Origin: a virus
Lineage: Duplodnaviria; Heunggongvirae; Uroviricota; Caudoviricetes
Strand: one strand, 5' to 3'
Virus record (IMG/VR): IMGVR_UViG_3300022660_000042
DNA length: 64,000 nucleotides
Below are positions 1 through 7,201 of the stretch, piece after piece. Made by a program: the position numbers and the translations under genes. Position 1 is the first letter of the stretch, and the number at the start of each line of letters is the position of its first letter. The notes beneath the pieces were generated by a model that did no database searches, had not been told where the DNA came from, and saw nothing but the letters and a program-made list of their open reading frames with translations.

Positions 1-706
1 TAAAAATTGGTATATATTTTTTAAATCGCACATAAATTGCATTTTTTAAAACATGTAATTCATTTGCAAAATCTTCAAGTTTATAGTAATTTCCTGAATG
101 ATATTTGTCCCATAATTCCCTAGATAATTTCAAAGATTCATTATATCTTGTAATTGTAAATGTTGTTTTATGTTTTTTATGTTTTTTATGTTTTTTTACA
201 CCATATACAATTTTGTTTGATTCACCATGAAAAAGGTTTCGACCTTCAATCCAGAAATCTTCTAATGGTTTTTCTTTAAACTTCTTAGATTCTCCAGTAT
301 TACGATTTGTATACCATTTAGTTCCAAACTGTGAATTTTTATTACCTTGTTGATTCTTACTTGTTATTTTACTTATCGTTTTTGCAAACTCCATGCGTAA
401 TGCTTCATATGCACGAGAATTTATATAACGATGTTTTTCTTTAGTCGTTTGCCCTTGCATTCGCCAAAGTGCACATAACATTTTATTTCTTTCAATAGTT
501 CCTTTATCATACATTTTAACAAGTAACCAATGACAGATAAAATGTTCACGTGCAGTTAATCTAACAAGATTTTCATTATCGTTTGTACCTCCTAATGATT
601 TTGGTTGAATATGATGTTTTTCATAATAACCTACATATCTGTTCCCATTTTCTGTTTCCCTTTTTGCTTTTTCAATTATCTTATAATATATAGCTTTATA
701 ATTCAT
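1..706 (-). CDS. HNH homing endonuclease, runs off the window edge (not in ORF track)
   Basis: ATG at 706; MNYKAIYYKIIEKAK..YEKHHIQPKSLGG..NLVRLTAREHFICHWLL; close paralog of 19748..20518. Confidence 0.85.
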   Translation of the reverse strand, partial: MNYKAIYYKIIEKAKRETENGNRYVGYYEKHHIQPKSLGGTNDNENLVRLTAREHFICHWLLVKMYDKGTIERNKMLCALWRMQGQTTKEKHRYINSRAYEALRMEFAKTISKITSKNQQGNKNSQFGTKWYTNRNTGESKKFKEKPLEDFWIEGRNLFHGESNKIVYGVKKHKKHKKHKTTFTITRYNESLKLSRELWDKYHSGNYYKLEDFANELHVLKNAIYVRFKKYIPIF

Positions 707-764
707 ATATTATATATAATTTTTTCGTTTTCCGAACCTGTCAAATATAATTAGACAGACTTAG

Positions 765-835
765 CGGTCTCAACGGGTCACGATCCCGTACCTCCAGCGT
801 GACAAGCTGGTGTCCATCCATTAAACGATGAGACC
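765..835 (-). tRNA. tRNA-Asp(GTC)
   Basis: Cloverleaf GGTCTCA/TGAGACC, loop TT-GTC-AC; atypical T-loop ATCGTGA. Confidence 0.85.
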
Positions 836-871
836 AAAATAAAAAAGATTCCTGTGAGCGACACAGGAATC
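836..871 (-). terminator. Attenuator terminator 1
   Basis: GATTCCTGTG-loop-CACAGGAATC + T-tract, between leader ORF and tRNA-Asp. Confidence 0.85.
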
Positions 872-897
872 AATCTAAAACTTTTTACAGTTAAAAA

Positions 898-999
898 CTA
901 GATGACCCTGTGCTTGTGTCGATCCTTATCATGCTTACCGAAACCTCGTCCGTCGCGGCGAGTCTTGCAATCATGAGTGTCAACTACAAACTTAGTCAT
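898..999 (-). CDS. Putative attenuator leader peptide MTKFVVDTHDCKTRRDGRGFGKHDKDRHKHRVI (D/R/K/H/G-rich)
   Basis: AGGAAAAA SD before ATG 999; the track start at 1131 overlaps a tRNA; GCACAGGGTC at 904-913 can pair with the terminator 5' arm. Confidence 0.75.
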   Translation of the reverse strand: MTKFVVDTHDCKTRRDGRGFGKHDKDRHKHRVI

Positions 1000-1072
1000 T
1001 TCGTTTTTCCTTTCTATTATATATAAAAATTTTTTTCCTGTTTTCGCAAAATAAACAGCGAGCAGTAACTTG

Positions 1073-1146
1073 TGGAAATAAGAGTTGGACTCGAACCAAC
1101 GATCTTTGCATTGCTGCAACGCTCTAACCAACTGAGCTATCTCATT
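1073..1146 (-). tRNA. Atypical tRNA (Cys-like GCA, T73, encoded CCA) with a 4-6 nt anticodon loop
   Basis: Good acceptor, D and T arms; anticodon arm TTGCA-GCAA-TGCAA. Confidence 0.6.
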
Positions 1147-1193
1147 GATTATAGGAACCGCTTGTGCTGTTCTATTGTGTTTTAACGTTGTTA

Positions 1194-1222
1194 AATATAG
1201 TAAAGTTTTTTCCTTTTGTAAA
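1194..1222 (-). promoter_or_regulatory. sigma70-like promoter TTTACA-N17-TATATT
   Basis: Consensus repeated throughout the window. Confidence 0.75.
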
Positions 1223-1258
1223 CCCTATTTTTAAAAAATTTTTTAAGTTCTGTATTTC

Positions 1259-1576
1259 CTAAAGTTTATTTAATGCTATTTCAGTATCAAGTCCCATTAC
1301 ACGAAGCCTAATCTTGGCCGGATCTTTCAACTTCAGGATGTCTTCGATTATATCCAAACTTTTTGCTATGAAAATTGGCATACACCAGATTTGAGACTTC
1401 GATTTATAATCTTCATACAGAATTAACTGCCAGATAACGTTATCAGATGCCAATCCCGTTGCATAAATCCCATCGTTAATGTTTTTCGGATATAAGTATA
1501 AATCTCCAGACTCATTAATGATTCTCTGGAGAACTTCCATCTTGGCGAACGCACGTTTTACATTGTTTTTTGTCAT
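1259..1576 (-). CDS. hypothetical protein
   Basis: ORF track, tightly packed minus-strand run. Confidence 0.7.
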   Translation of the reverse strand: MTKNNVKRAFAKMEVLQRIINESGDLYLYPKNINDGIYATGLASDNVIWQLILYEDYKSKSQIWCMPIFIAKSLDIIEDILKLKDPAKIRLRVMGLDTEIALNKL

Positions 1577-1884
1577 AGCACCTTGTCCAGCATAATTTCC
1601 AGTTTCATATTTTCATATTTGGCCTTGAGACGGTCAAACGTTTTGCACTTGTGAATTTCTGGAATTAACTTTAACAATAAGTTCTTTTCTTCACTGTATT
1701 TAATTACCAAATCATTTCCAAGTTCATATTTATTGGTTACATCTTGAAACCGGATATAATCAGAGTAAACATGCATTTCAATATTATTAAACTTACGGAA
1801 TGTAGCATAGTTATGACGATAGTCAAGGGCAAAATTTTCCTTGGCCAATAACTTATCTACTTTTTCTTGAAAACGTGATAACAT
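1573..1884 (-). CDS. hypothetical protein
   Basis: ORF track; follows promoter at 1892-1920. Confidence 0.7.
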   Translation of the reverse strand: MLSRFQEKVDKLLAKENFALDYRHNYATFRKFNNIEMHVYSDYIRFQDVTNKYELGNDLVIKYSEEKNLLLKLIPEIHKCKTFDRLKAKYENMKLEIMLDKVL

Positions 1885-1891
1885 ATTTTAT

Positions 1892-1924
1892 AAAATAGAA
1901 AAAAGGTTGACTTTCGTCAACCCT
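1892..1924 (-). terminator. Terminator hairpin overlapping a promoter (TTGACG in the stem)
   Basis: GGTTGAC-GAAA-GTCAACC-T6; -35 to -10 spacing 17. Confidence 0.75.
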
Positions 1925-1946
1925 TTAATATTTCCAGGAATTAAAT

Positions 1947-2171
1947 TTAGATTTTCTCATTTTCTTTTTTAAGTGCATTTCCGAGTTTTTCGATGTCATT
2001 GACAAATAGCTGAACAATTTCATCTACAGTTCCAAGTGGAACCATGCCATTATCAGATTTCAACTTGAATAGCTTATCTTTCAGCTCATCTGACACAAAT
2101 TCGGTCCAGACGTGTTTTGGAAAATTTCCAATATTTTCTTCATTAGTTATATCTTCCAATACTTTGTTCAT
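1947..2171 (-). CDS. hypothetical protein
   Basis: ORF track. Confidence 0.65.
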   Translation of the reverse strand: MNKVLEDITNEENIGNFPKHVWTEFVSDELKDKLFKLKSDNGMVPLGTVDEIVQLFVNDIEKLGNALKKENEKI

Positions 2172-2422
2172 TATTTAATCTCTTTTACTTGAACCGTGGC
2201 ATCTATTTCACCAAGAAATAACTCATTCATTGATGCACTATAATATGACTTACTTTTTACACAGTAAGACATCTTACTCTTTGCTGAGCGTAAATCAGCA
2301 AAATGTGTAGCTTGGCTTAAATCAGTTACCCAACTAACATAACCCTTTTTAGAACCCCAATAATAGACTATACCATCAACAGTTCTACAAAGAATCCATG
2401 TTTTTAATTTCGCATTGAACAT
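2171..2422 (-). CDS. hypothetical protein
   Basis: ORF track. Confidence 0.65.
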   Translation of the reverse strand: MFNAKLKTWILCRTVDGIVYYWGSKKGYVSWVTDLSQATHFADLRSAKSKMSYCVKSKSYYSASMNELFLGEIDATVQVKEIK

Positions 2423-2425
2423 TAC

Positions 2426-2884
2426 TTACCATCCATTGGAATGCTTTATTTGCTCATAACGGTCCACAACAGCACTCGTCACTGCTCTTTGTGTACGTTC
2501 ATTTATACCGGATAGAGTCTTCGGTTCGACAATACTGTATTCTCTTGTAGTGTCATTATACCTAAGATTGAGACCCTTGAAAGTCAGGAACCAAGTATCG
2601 TTCGTAACCTCAACGTCGGCCATAGCAACAAGATCCGGGTCGTTAGAGGCCTCACAGAAGTCGAGACGTAAAACCTTGACCTTAATCTGGTCACTCATAG
2701 TTGCCTCCAACTTAGCCTTTGCTTTCTCGCCTTCCAGAGACGTACTGGTCCAGCCACCTTTGTCGTTCAAGTACATGACATTGACACCGGCTGTTGTACT
2801 GTTTGCAATACATGCTTCAAGGTCCTTGTCACCGATATATTCTTTTAACTCTGTGAGTTCATCAATTATTTTACTTATTTTCAT
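2426..2884 (-). CDS. Protein with a possible C-terminal SpoVG-like domain
   Basis: LVAMADVEV..LTFKGLNL..IVEP..INERTQRAVTSAVVDRY resembles the SpoVG pattern. Confidence 0.4.
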   Translation of the reverse strand: MKISKIIDELTELKEYIGDKDLEACIANSTTAGVNVMYLNDKGGWTSTSLEGEKAKAKLEATMSDQIKVKVLRLDFCEASNDPDLVAMADVEVTNDTWFLTFKGLNLRYNDTTREYSIVEPKTLSGINERTQRAVTSAVVDRYEQIKHSNGW

Positions 2885-3183
2885 AATGTATCTCCTTTAG
2901 AAGTTTCAACCATTTGTGCTCGCTTTATGCCAAGAAGCTCTCTATACATCTGAAGCTGGTTCAACTTAAGATTTCTGTTAATACAATCAGAAGAAAGGAC
3001 ATATTCTAGGTCCTTGATTTCATTCTCAAGCCAATGAATTTTCATTTCTTCTGTCTTCAATCTATTTGCATTCATGTCTAGGGTTTCTGTATCAGATTTC
3101 CCTTTTGTTAATTCATTCAAGTATATTTTTTTCATCATGTTATTTATCCTTATTATTGAAAATTCGTCATCATTAACCACCAA
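2881..3183 (-). CDS. hypothetical protein
   Basis: ORF track. Confidence 0.6.
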   Translation of the reverse strand: MVVNDDEFSIIRINNMMKKIYLNELTKGKSDTETLDMNANRLKTEEMKIHWLENEIKDLEYVLSSDCINRNLKLNQLQMYRELLGIKRAQMVETSKGDTL

Positions 3184-3457
3184 GCATCAAACATTCCAAC
3201 GACTTTATGCTAGCCTTTTCAGCATCGGTAAGAGGTTCAAAGTCCTCGTTAAAGTACCGCACTGCGTCACGGATTTTATCCTTGATGTTATCCAGTGCTA
3301 CTTTCCGTGGGTCAATCGGACTTGCCGTCTTATAGCTGATGTCAAGTCGGTCTGACCTATCTACAAGAGACAGTTCTGTAATGTCCATGTCGCCGAAGTG
3401 AGACTCCATTGTGGTGAGTTCATCTATGATGTTTTTCTTGAGTTTACTGATTTGCAT
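3173..3457 (-). CDS. hypothetical protein
   Basis: ORF track. Confidence 0.65.
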   Translation of the reverse strand: MQISKLKKNIIDELTTMESHFGDMDITELSLVDRSDRLDISYKTASPIDPRKVALDNIKDKIRDAVRYFNEDFEPLTDAEKASIKSLECLMLGG

Positions 3458-3626
3458 AATGTTTCTCCTTTGGAATTTTTACCCATTTACCTTTATGCTG
3501 GTCTTCCCAAGCATCCTCGCCAGCATCATAATCCTGCCATTTAAGACCTATATCTGCGGCTGCCTCTTTCATTTCTTGGATAAGGCTTTCCTGCTCTTCA
3601 AGTTTGTCGAGCACATCCTTACACAT
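3444..3626 (-). CDS. hypothetical protein
   Basis: ORF track. Confidence 0.55.
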   Translation of the reverse strand: MCKDVLDKLEEQESLIQEMKEAAADIGLKWQDYDAGEDAWEDQHKGKWVKIPKEKHYANQ

Positions 3627-3724
3627 TTCACGAAGGTTAGTTTGAAATGTGAAATATTGCTCATTTTCGCGTTTCTTTATTTCAACACGAAGCCCGCGCT
3701 TGATGTCATATCTATATGCATAAA

Positions 3725-4018
3725 TTAATCCTTTAACGTAAAGTCAATAATTAAACACAAAGGAATAAATGAAAGTAATCCTGATATAATTGAAAGTATT
3801 ATTAAGGTGACACTATTAATTCCACTTCCATCTATTGGATTAATAACTCCGATAAAAGCCAGGAATGCAATTAGCCAATTAAATCCAGTCCATATTGAGC
3901 ATAATATTATTGCAAATACAGCCGTAAATGGATCAGTATGCTCTGGATTACCACCTGCTCTTCTGTGTATCATTCTTCCAGTAACATTCATCTGACCCGG
4001 AACCCATGAACCTATCAT
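3725..4018 (-). CDS. hypothetical membrane protein
   Basis: Two hydrophobic segments. Confidence 0.65.
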   Translation of the reverse strand: MIGSWVPGQMNVTGRMIHRRAGGNPEHTDPFTAVFAIILCSIWTGFNWLIAFLAFIGVINPIDGSGINSVTLIILSIISGLLSFIPLCLIIDFTLKD

Positions 4019-4019
4019 T

Positions 4020-4574
4020 CTACTTTACCTCCCTCAATAATGCTTCAACCCGTTCCTTTACATCAGTCCACTTATTAGATATAGCAAGATAGTCCTTATT
4101 TTTCTCAGTAGCCAAATCGTTATGGTGCTGTAATCTTGCCATAGCACCATAGTAATTTTCAGCATACGTAGCTATTTGTCTGGTTTTCCGTAGATTGTCC
4201 TGTTTCATATTCCGTAACTGTTCATCTTGATACCTTATTACTTGCTTGTACGCTTCAGTATCATGAAAAAGGGAATTAATTATATCATTCTGTTCATCTG
4301 TTTTCGATTTATCTAAATTACTTTGTGCTTCTTTTGTATTCTCCATACAAAAAAGATAAGCAGTTTGTTCATGTATTTTAGCAAGTTTTTCAATACATAT
4401 TTCACGAGGATATTCATGTTCTTGAATATCTAAAGCCACCGCCTGTATTTTTTCAAGCACTTCTCTAAACTCGTCAAATGATAAATTAAGCGATACGTTA
4501 TCAAGCGGTTTCTTCATATAACTCCTTTTATCTGATAGAGCTATCCTTATATACGGATAAACTCTTTTTAACAT
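4020..4574 (-). CDS. hypothetical protein
   Basis: ORF track; promoter directly upstream. Confidence 0.7.
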   Translation of the reverse strand: MLKRVYPYIRIALSDKRSYMKKPLDNVSLNLSFDEFREVLEKIQAVALDIQEHEYPREICIEKLAKIHEQTAYLFCMENTKEAQSNLDKSKTDEQNDIINSLFHDTEAYKQVIRYQDEQLRNMKQDNLRKTRQIATYAENYYGAMARLQHHNDLATEKNKDYLAISNKWTDVKERVEALLREVK

Positions 4575-4675
4575 AATAATATAGCAAAAGGATTGACTTC
4601 TGTCAACCCTTTAATATTATTTTCTGAAAATTAAACTGACTCAAATAAAAAATCAGTAACCAACTCATATTTTTC

Positions 4676-5284
4676 TTAATTTTTCTCAGAACGATCACGA
4701 ATAGCGACAAAGAGGTCGTCACAGTCTTTTTGGAACTGGTCTAAATCAGTCGGAACGACTTTGCGGTTGAGCCATTCTTCCTTCGACTTAATGCCGTCGA
4801 TATTGAAGAAAGTGTCTTCTTTTAGAGTCTTGGCGATGATTCGAGAGTGTGTGATGACGAGGAGGCCATAAGACTTTTTGAGTACTTCATCCTTAACAGA
4901 GTTGATGTAGTTAGCAACTGCGAGCTGGAGCTCTTCTCCCATGCCGAGCTCTACTTCATCGAGAACAATGAAGCGTTCTTCATGGTTAATAATCGACTTG
5001 AGCAAATGGACAGTGTTGTCTCCCGTAGAAGTCCATTCAGAGTCACGAAGGAAGTTGATTCCTATTGTGCTGCTGAGTCCAGCACGTGACATGAAGGACA
5101 GAGAGCTGACCAGACGTTCTGGGCTGTCTTTTCCGAGCTTCTTTTGAATTCGTGTCGGAAGAATCTTACGAATTACAGACTTTCCAGCGCCATTCGACCC
5201 AGTGAGAATGGTAAGTTTTCCAAGTTCGATTGAGTCAGCAATCTCAATCAGTCGGTCAATGTGCTTATTCCATTCTTTTTTCAT
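4676..5284 (-). CDS. ABC/AAA-type P-loop ATPase
   Basis: Walker A GSNGAGKS, Walker B FIVLDEVE; start moved to MKKEW (the track start overlaps tRNAs). Confidence 0.8.
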   Translation of the reverse strand: MKKEWNKHIDRLIEIADSIELGKLTILTGSNGAGKSVIRKILPTRIQKKLGKDSPERLVSSLSFMSRAGLSSTIGINFLRDSEWTSTGDNTVHLLKSIINHEERFIVLDEVELGMGEELQLAVANYINSVKDEVLKKSYGLLVITHSRIIAKTLKEDTFFNIDGIKSKEEWLNRKVVPTDLDQFQKDCDDLFVAIRDRSEKN

Positions 5285-5348
5285 TGTTATTTTTCCTTTT
5301 TCTTTAAATATAAAAAAAGGATTGACTTTCGTCAACCCTTTAATATAG

Positions 5349-5423
5349 TGGAGGCGATTGGAATTGAACCAATCAAGAGAGGAACATTCTGTGCAAAAGT
5401 TGCGGAAAGTAACCTTTGCCCCC
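5349..5423 (-). ncRNA. tRNA-Ala/tmRNA-like acceptor-T minihelix carrying the repeated structured module
   Basis: GGGGGC/GCCTCC with G3:U70 and A73, T arm ATTGG-TTCAATT-CCAAT; no D or anticodon arm. Confidence 0.7.
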
Positions 5424-5428
5424 ATTAG

Positions 5429-5502
5429 TGGATCCAGTGGTATTCGAAACCACAACCTCCCGCTTGCAGGGCGGGTGCTCTGCCAAATTGAGCTATGAAC
5501 CC
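5429..5502 (-). tRNA. tRNA-Ala(TGC)
   Basis: Cloverleaf, G3:U70. Confidence 0.9.
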
Positions 5503-5509
5503 ATGTTAG

Positions 5510-5582
5510 TAGCGGCGTCGGGAATCGAACCCGAATGCCAGGATTGAAGGTCCCGTGAACTAAGCCGTTATTCTACGTCGCC
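5510..5582 (-). tRNA. tRNA-Glu(TTC)
   Basis: Cloverleaf, loop CC-TTC-AA. Confidence 0.85.
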
Positions 5583-5592
5583 ATAATTTTAG

Positions 5593-5665
5593 TAGTCCTA
5601 TACAGATTCGAACTGTAGTAACTTGGCTGAGAACCAAGTGGCCTTGACCGCTAGCCGATAGAACC
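5593..5665 (-). tRNA. tRNA-Glu(CTC)
   Basis: Cloverleaf, loop TT-CTC-AG. Confidence 0.85.
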
Positions 5666-5672
5666 ATATTAG

Positions 5673-5747
5673 TGCCACCGACAGGGGTCGAACCTGTGAC
5701 GCGAAGATCTTCGGTCTTCCGCTCTACCAAAACTGAGCTACAGTGGC
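5673..5747 (-). tRNA. tRNA-Phe(GAA)
   Basis: Cloverleaf. Confidence 0.9.
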
Positions 5748-5759
5748 ATATATTTTTTA

Positions 5760-5834
5760 TGGACCGTAGGAGGCTCGAACTCCTGACCCCCAGAATGCAA
5801 ATCTGGTGCTCTACCAAAACTGAGCTAACAGCCC
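5760..5834 (-). tRNA. tRNA-Ala(TGC)
   Basis: Cloverleaf, G3:U70. Confidence 0.9.
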
Positions 5835-5884
5835 GAAAATAAAACTGACCTTACTCATCTCAACGCGTACTATTGACTTTCGGT

Positions 5885-5957
5885 AAGCGCATACGGGATT
5901 CGAACCCGTGACCAGCGGCCTTCACACCGCCTGTTCTACCGCCGAACAAAATGCGTT
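5885..5957 (-). tRNA. Degenerate tRNA (His GTG or Phe GAA ambiguous)
   Basis: Good T and D arms; anticodon arm GCGG-TGTGAAGG-CCGC is irregular. Confidence 0.5.
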
Positions 5958-5968
5958 ATCAGTTTTAG

Positions 5969-6042
5969 TGGACACATATGGGATTCGAACCCATGACGTT
6001 TTCCCTGCCAGGGAAACATTCTACCAACTGAATTAATGGCCC
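5969..6042 (-). tRNA. tRNA-Ala(GGC)
   Basis: G3:U70; 1-nt bulge in acceptor; near duplicate of 6137..6210. Confidence 0.85.
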
Positions 6043-6053
6043 ATGATTTTTAG

Positions 6054-6127
6054 TAGCGCTGTCGGGACTCGAACCCGAATTTCCGACTTGAAAGGCCGGT
6101 GAACTGAACCAGTTATTCGACAGCGCC
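6054..6127 (-). tRNA. tRNA-Glu(TTC)
   Basis: Cloverleaf. Confidence 0.9.
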
Positions 6128-6136
6128 GAAATTTAG

Positions 6137-6210
6137 TGGACACATATGGGATTCGAACCCATGACGTTCTGCGTGCAAAGCAGACATTCTACCAACTGAA
6201 TTAATGGCCC
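6137..6210 (-). tRNA. tRNA-Ala(TGC)
   Basis: G3:U70; same body as 5969..6042 with a different anticodon arm. Confidence 0.85.
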
Positions 6211-6219
6211 AAATGTTAG

Positions 6220-6292
6220 TACTCCGTCCCGGATTCGAACCGGGGTTATCCGATAGAAAGTCGGATGGCTTAAACCGCTGGCCGAACGGAGC
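6220..6292 (-). tRNA. tRNA-Glu(TTC)
   Basis: Cloverleaf. Confidence 0.9.
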
Positions 6293-6303
6293 ATATTTTG
6301 TAG

Positions 6304-6377
6304 TGCCAAGTTCCGGAGTCGAACCGGATTTCTGGGATTTTCAGTCCCGTCCATTCCCACGATTGGATGCCATGGCA
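6304..6377 (-). tRNA. tRNA-Phe(GAA), atypical D arm
   Basis: Loop CT-GAA-AA; mismatches in acceptor. Confidence 0.7.
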
Positions 6378-6411
6378 TAAAAGAAAAGTTCCTGTGCTTG
6401 TGCACAGGAAC
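6378..6411 (-). terminator. Attenuator terminator 2
   Basis: GTTCCTGTGC-ACAA-GCACAGGAAC + TTTTCTTTT. Confidence 0.9.
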
Positions 6412-6436
6412 CGTTTTTAAAACTCTAATCGGTTAA

Positions 6437-6550
6437 CTACCTGATCCTATGCACTGTATTTGAATCAAATGCTTCAAACGCTGCAGCTGCAAATTCAGCT
6501 GCGGCACGTTCTGCTGCAAAAAATTCATGTTCAAATACGTTCATAGTCAT
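6437..6550 (-). CDS. Putative attenuator leader peptide MTMNVFEHEFFAAERAAAEFAAAAFEAFDSNTVHRIR
   Basis: 10 Ala, 6 Phe, 5 Glu; precedes the Ala/Glu/Phe tRNA cluster; GTGCATAGGATC (6443-6454) is complementary to the terminator 5' arm. Confidence 0.9.
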   Translation of the reverse strand: MTMNVFEHEFFAAERAAAEFAAAAFEAFDSNTVHRIR

Positions 6551-6682
6551 TTTGTTACCTTTTGTTATTATATATAAAAATTTTTTTCCTGTTTTTGCAA
6601 AAGTTTGATTCGGCCAATGGACTCCATCCAAAGTTTTACGTCAGCTCTGCACCGAATCATCTGATGCATCAGTTATGTGTTA

Positions 6683-6711
6683 AATATAGTAAAAAGTTGT
6701 TGGTTTGTAAA
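6683..6711 (-). promoter_or_regulatory. Promoter TTTACA-N17-TATATT (repeated at 6926-6954 and 7169-7197)
   Basis: Three near-identical copies in a tandem unit. Confidence 0.75.
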
Positions 6712-6734
6712 CCCCTTTTTAAAATATTTTTTCG

Positions 6735-6846
6735 TGGGGAAGGCAGGATTCGAACCTACGACACACGCCTTGGAATGGAAATAGGAACGTTATATGCATT
6801 TCTACGAAACGTAAATACCGTTGCTCTACCACTGAGCTACTTCCCC
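6735..6846 (-). tRNA. tRNA-like gene with a 40-nt structured insertion; spliced form would read ACGCC-ATTCCAA-GGCGT (TCC)
   Basis: Perfect acceptor, D and T arms; the insert contains the repeated module. Confidence 0.7.
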
Positions 6847-6851
6847 GAGTG

Positions 6852-6918
6852 GTTAACGCGAAATGTATGAACTCATCTAAAAAATAATGCTTTTGATAGG
6901 AACATTCTTTGCGTTAAC
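6852..6918 (-). ncRNA. Structured module copy in a 5' leader
   Basis: GTTAAC-GC-AAA-GAATGT-TCCTAT...ACATTT-C-GC-GTTAAC. Confidence 0.65.
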
Positions 6919-6976
6919 GATGTTAAATATAGTAAAAAGTTGTTGGTTTGTCAACCCCTTTTTAAAATATTTTTAG

Positions 6977-7091
6977 CCGGCGAGACTGGATTCGAACCAA
7001 TAACCCAAAGTACCCTTTAGATAGGAAGCATTGGTGCTGAAAGCGAATACTAAATCTTAAACTTTTGCTCTACCGATTGAGCTACTCGCCG
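6977..7091 (-). tRNA. tRNA-like gene with a 49-nt anticodon loop containing the module; anticodon unresolved
   Basis: CGGCGAG/CTCGCCG acceptor, AAAGT/ACTTT anticodon stem. Confidence 0.7.
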
Positions 7092-7095
7092 AGAT

Positions 7096-7161
7096 GTTAA
7101 CGCGAAATGTATAAACTGATCGAAAATAATGTTTTTTGATAGGAACATTCTTTGCGTTAAC
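7096..7161 (-). ncRNA. Structured module copy in a 5' leader (direct repeat of 6852..6918)
   Basis: Same arms, diverged loop. Confidence 0.65.
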
Positions 7162-7201
7162 AGGGTTAAATATAGCAAATTGCTTTGTGTTTGTCAACCG
7201 C

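Noticed and set aside
5838-5890. Hammerhead-like CGAAA and GATGAG with a CTTAC/GTAAG stem
   Set aside because: The core lacks CUGA and a proper stem I/III with an NUH site.
5560-6405. Track ORFs 5560..5817 and 6133..6405, and N-terminal extensions of 898..1131, 4676..5455 and 6437..6631
   Set aside because: They overlap tRNA genes or promoters; the downstream ATGs have proper SD and promoter context.
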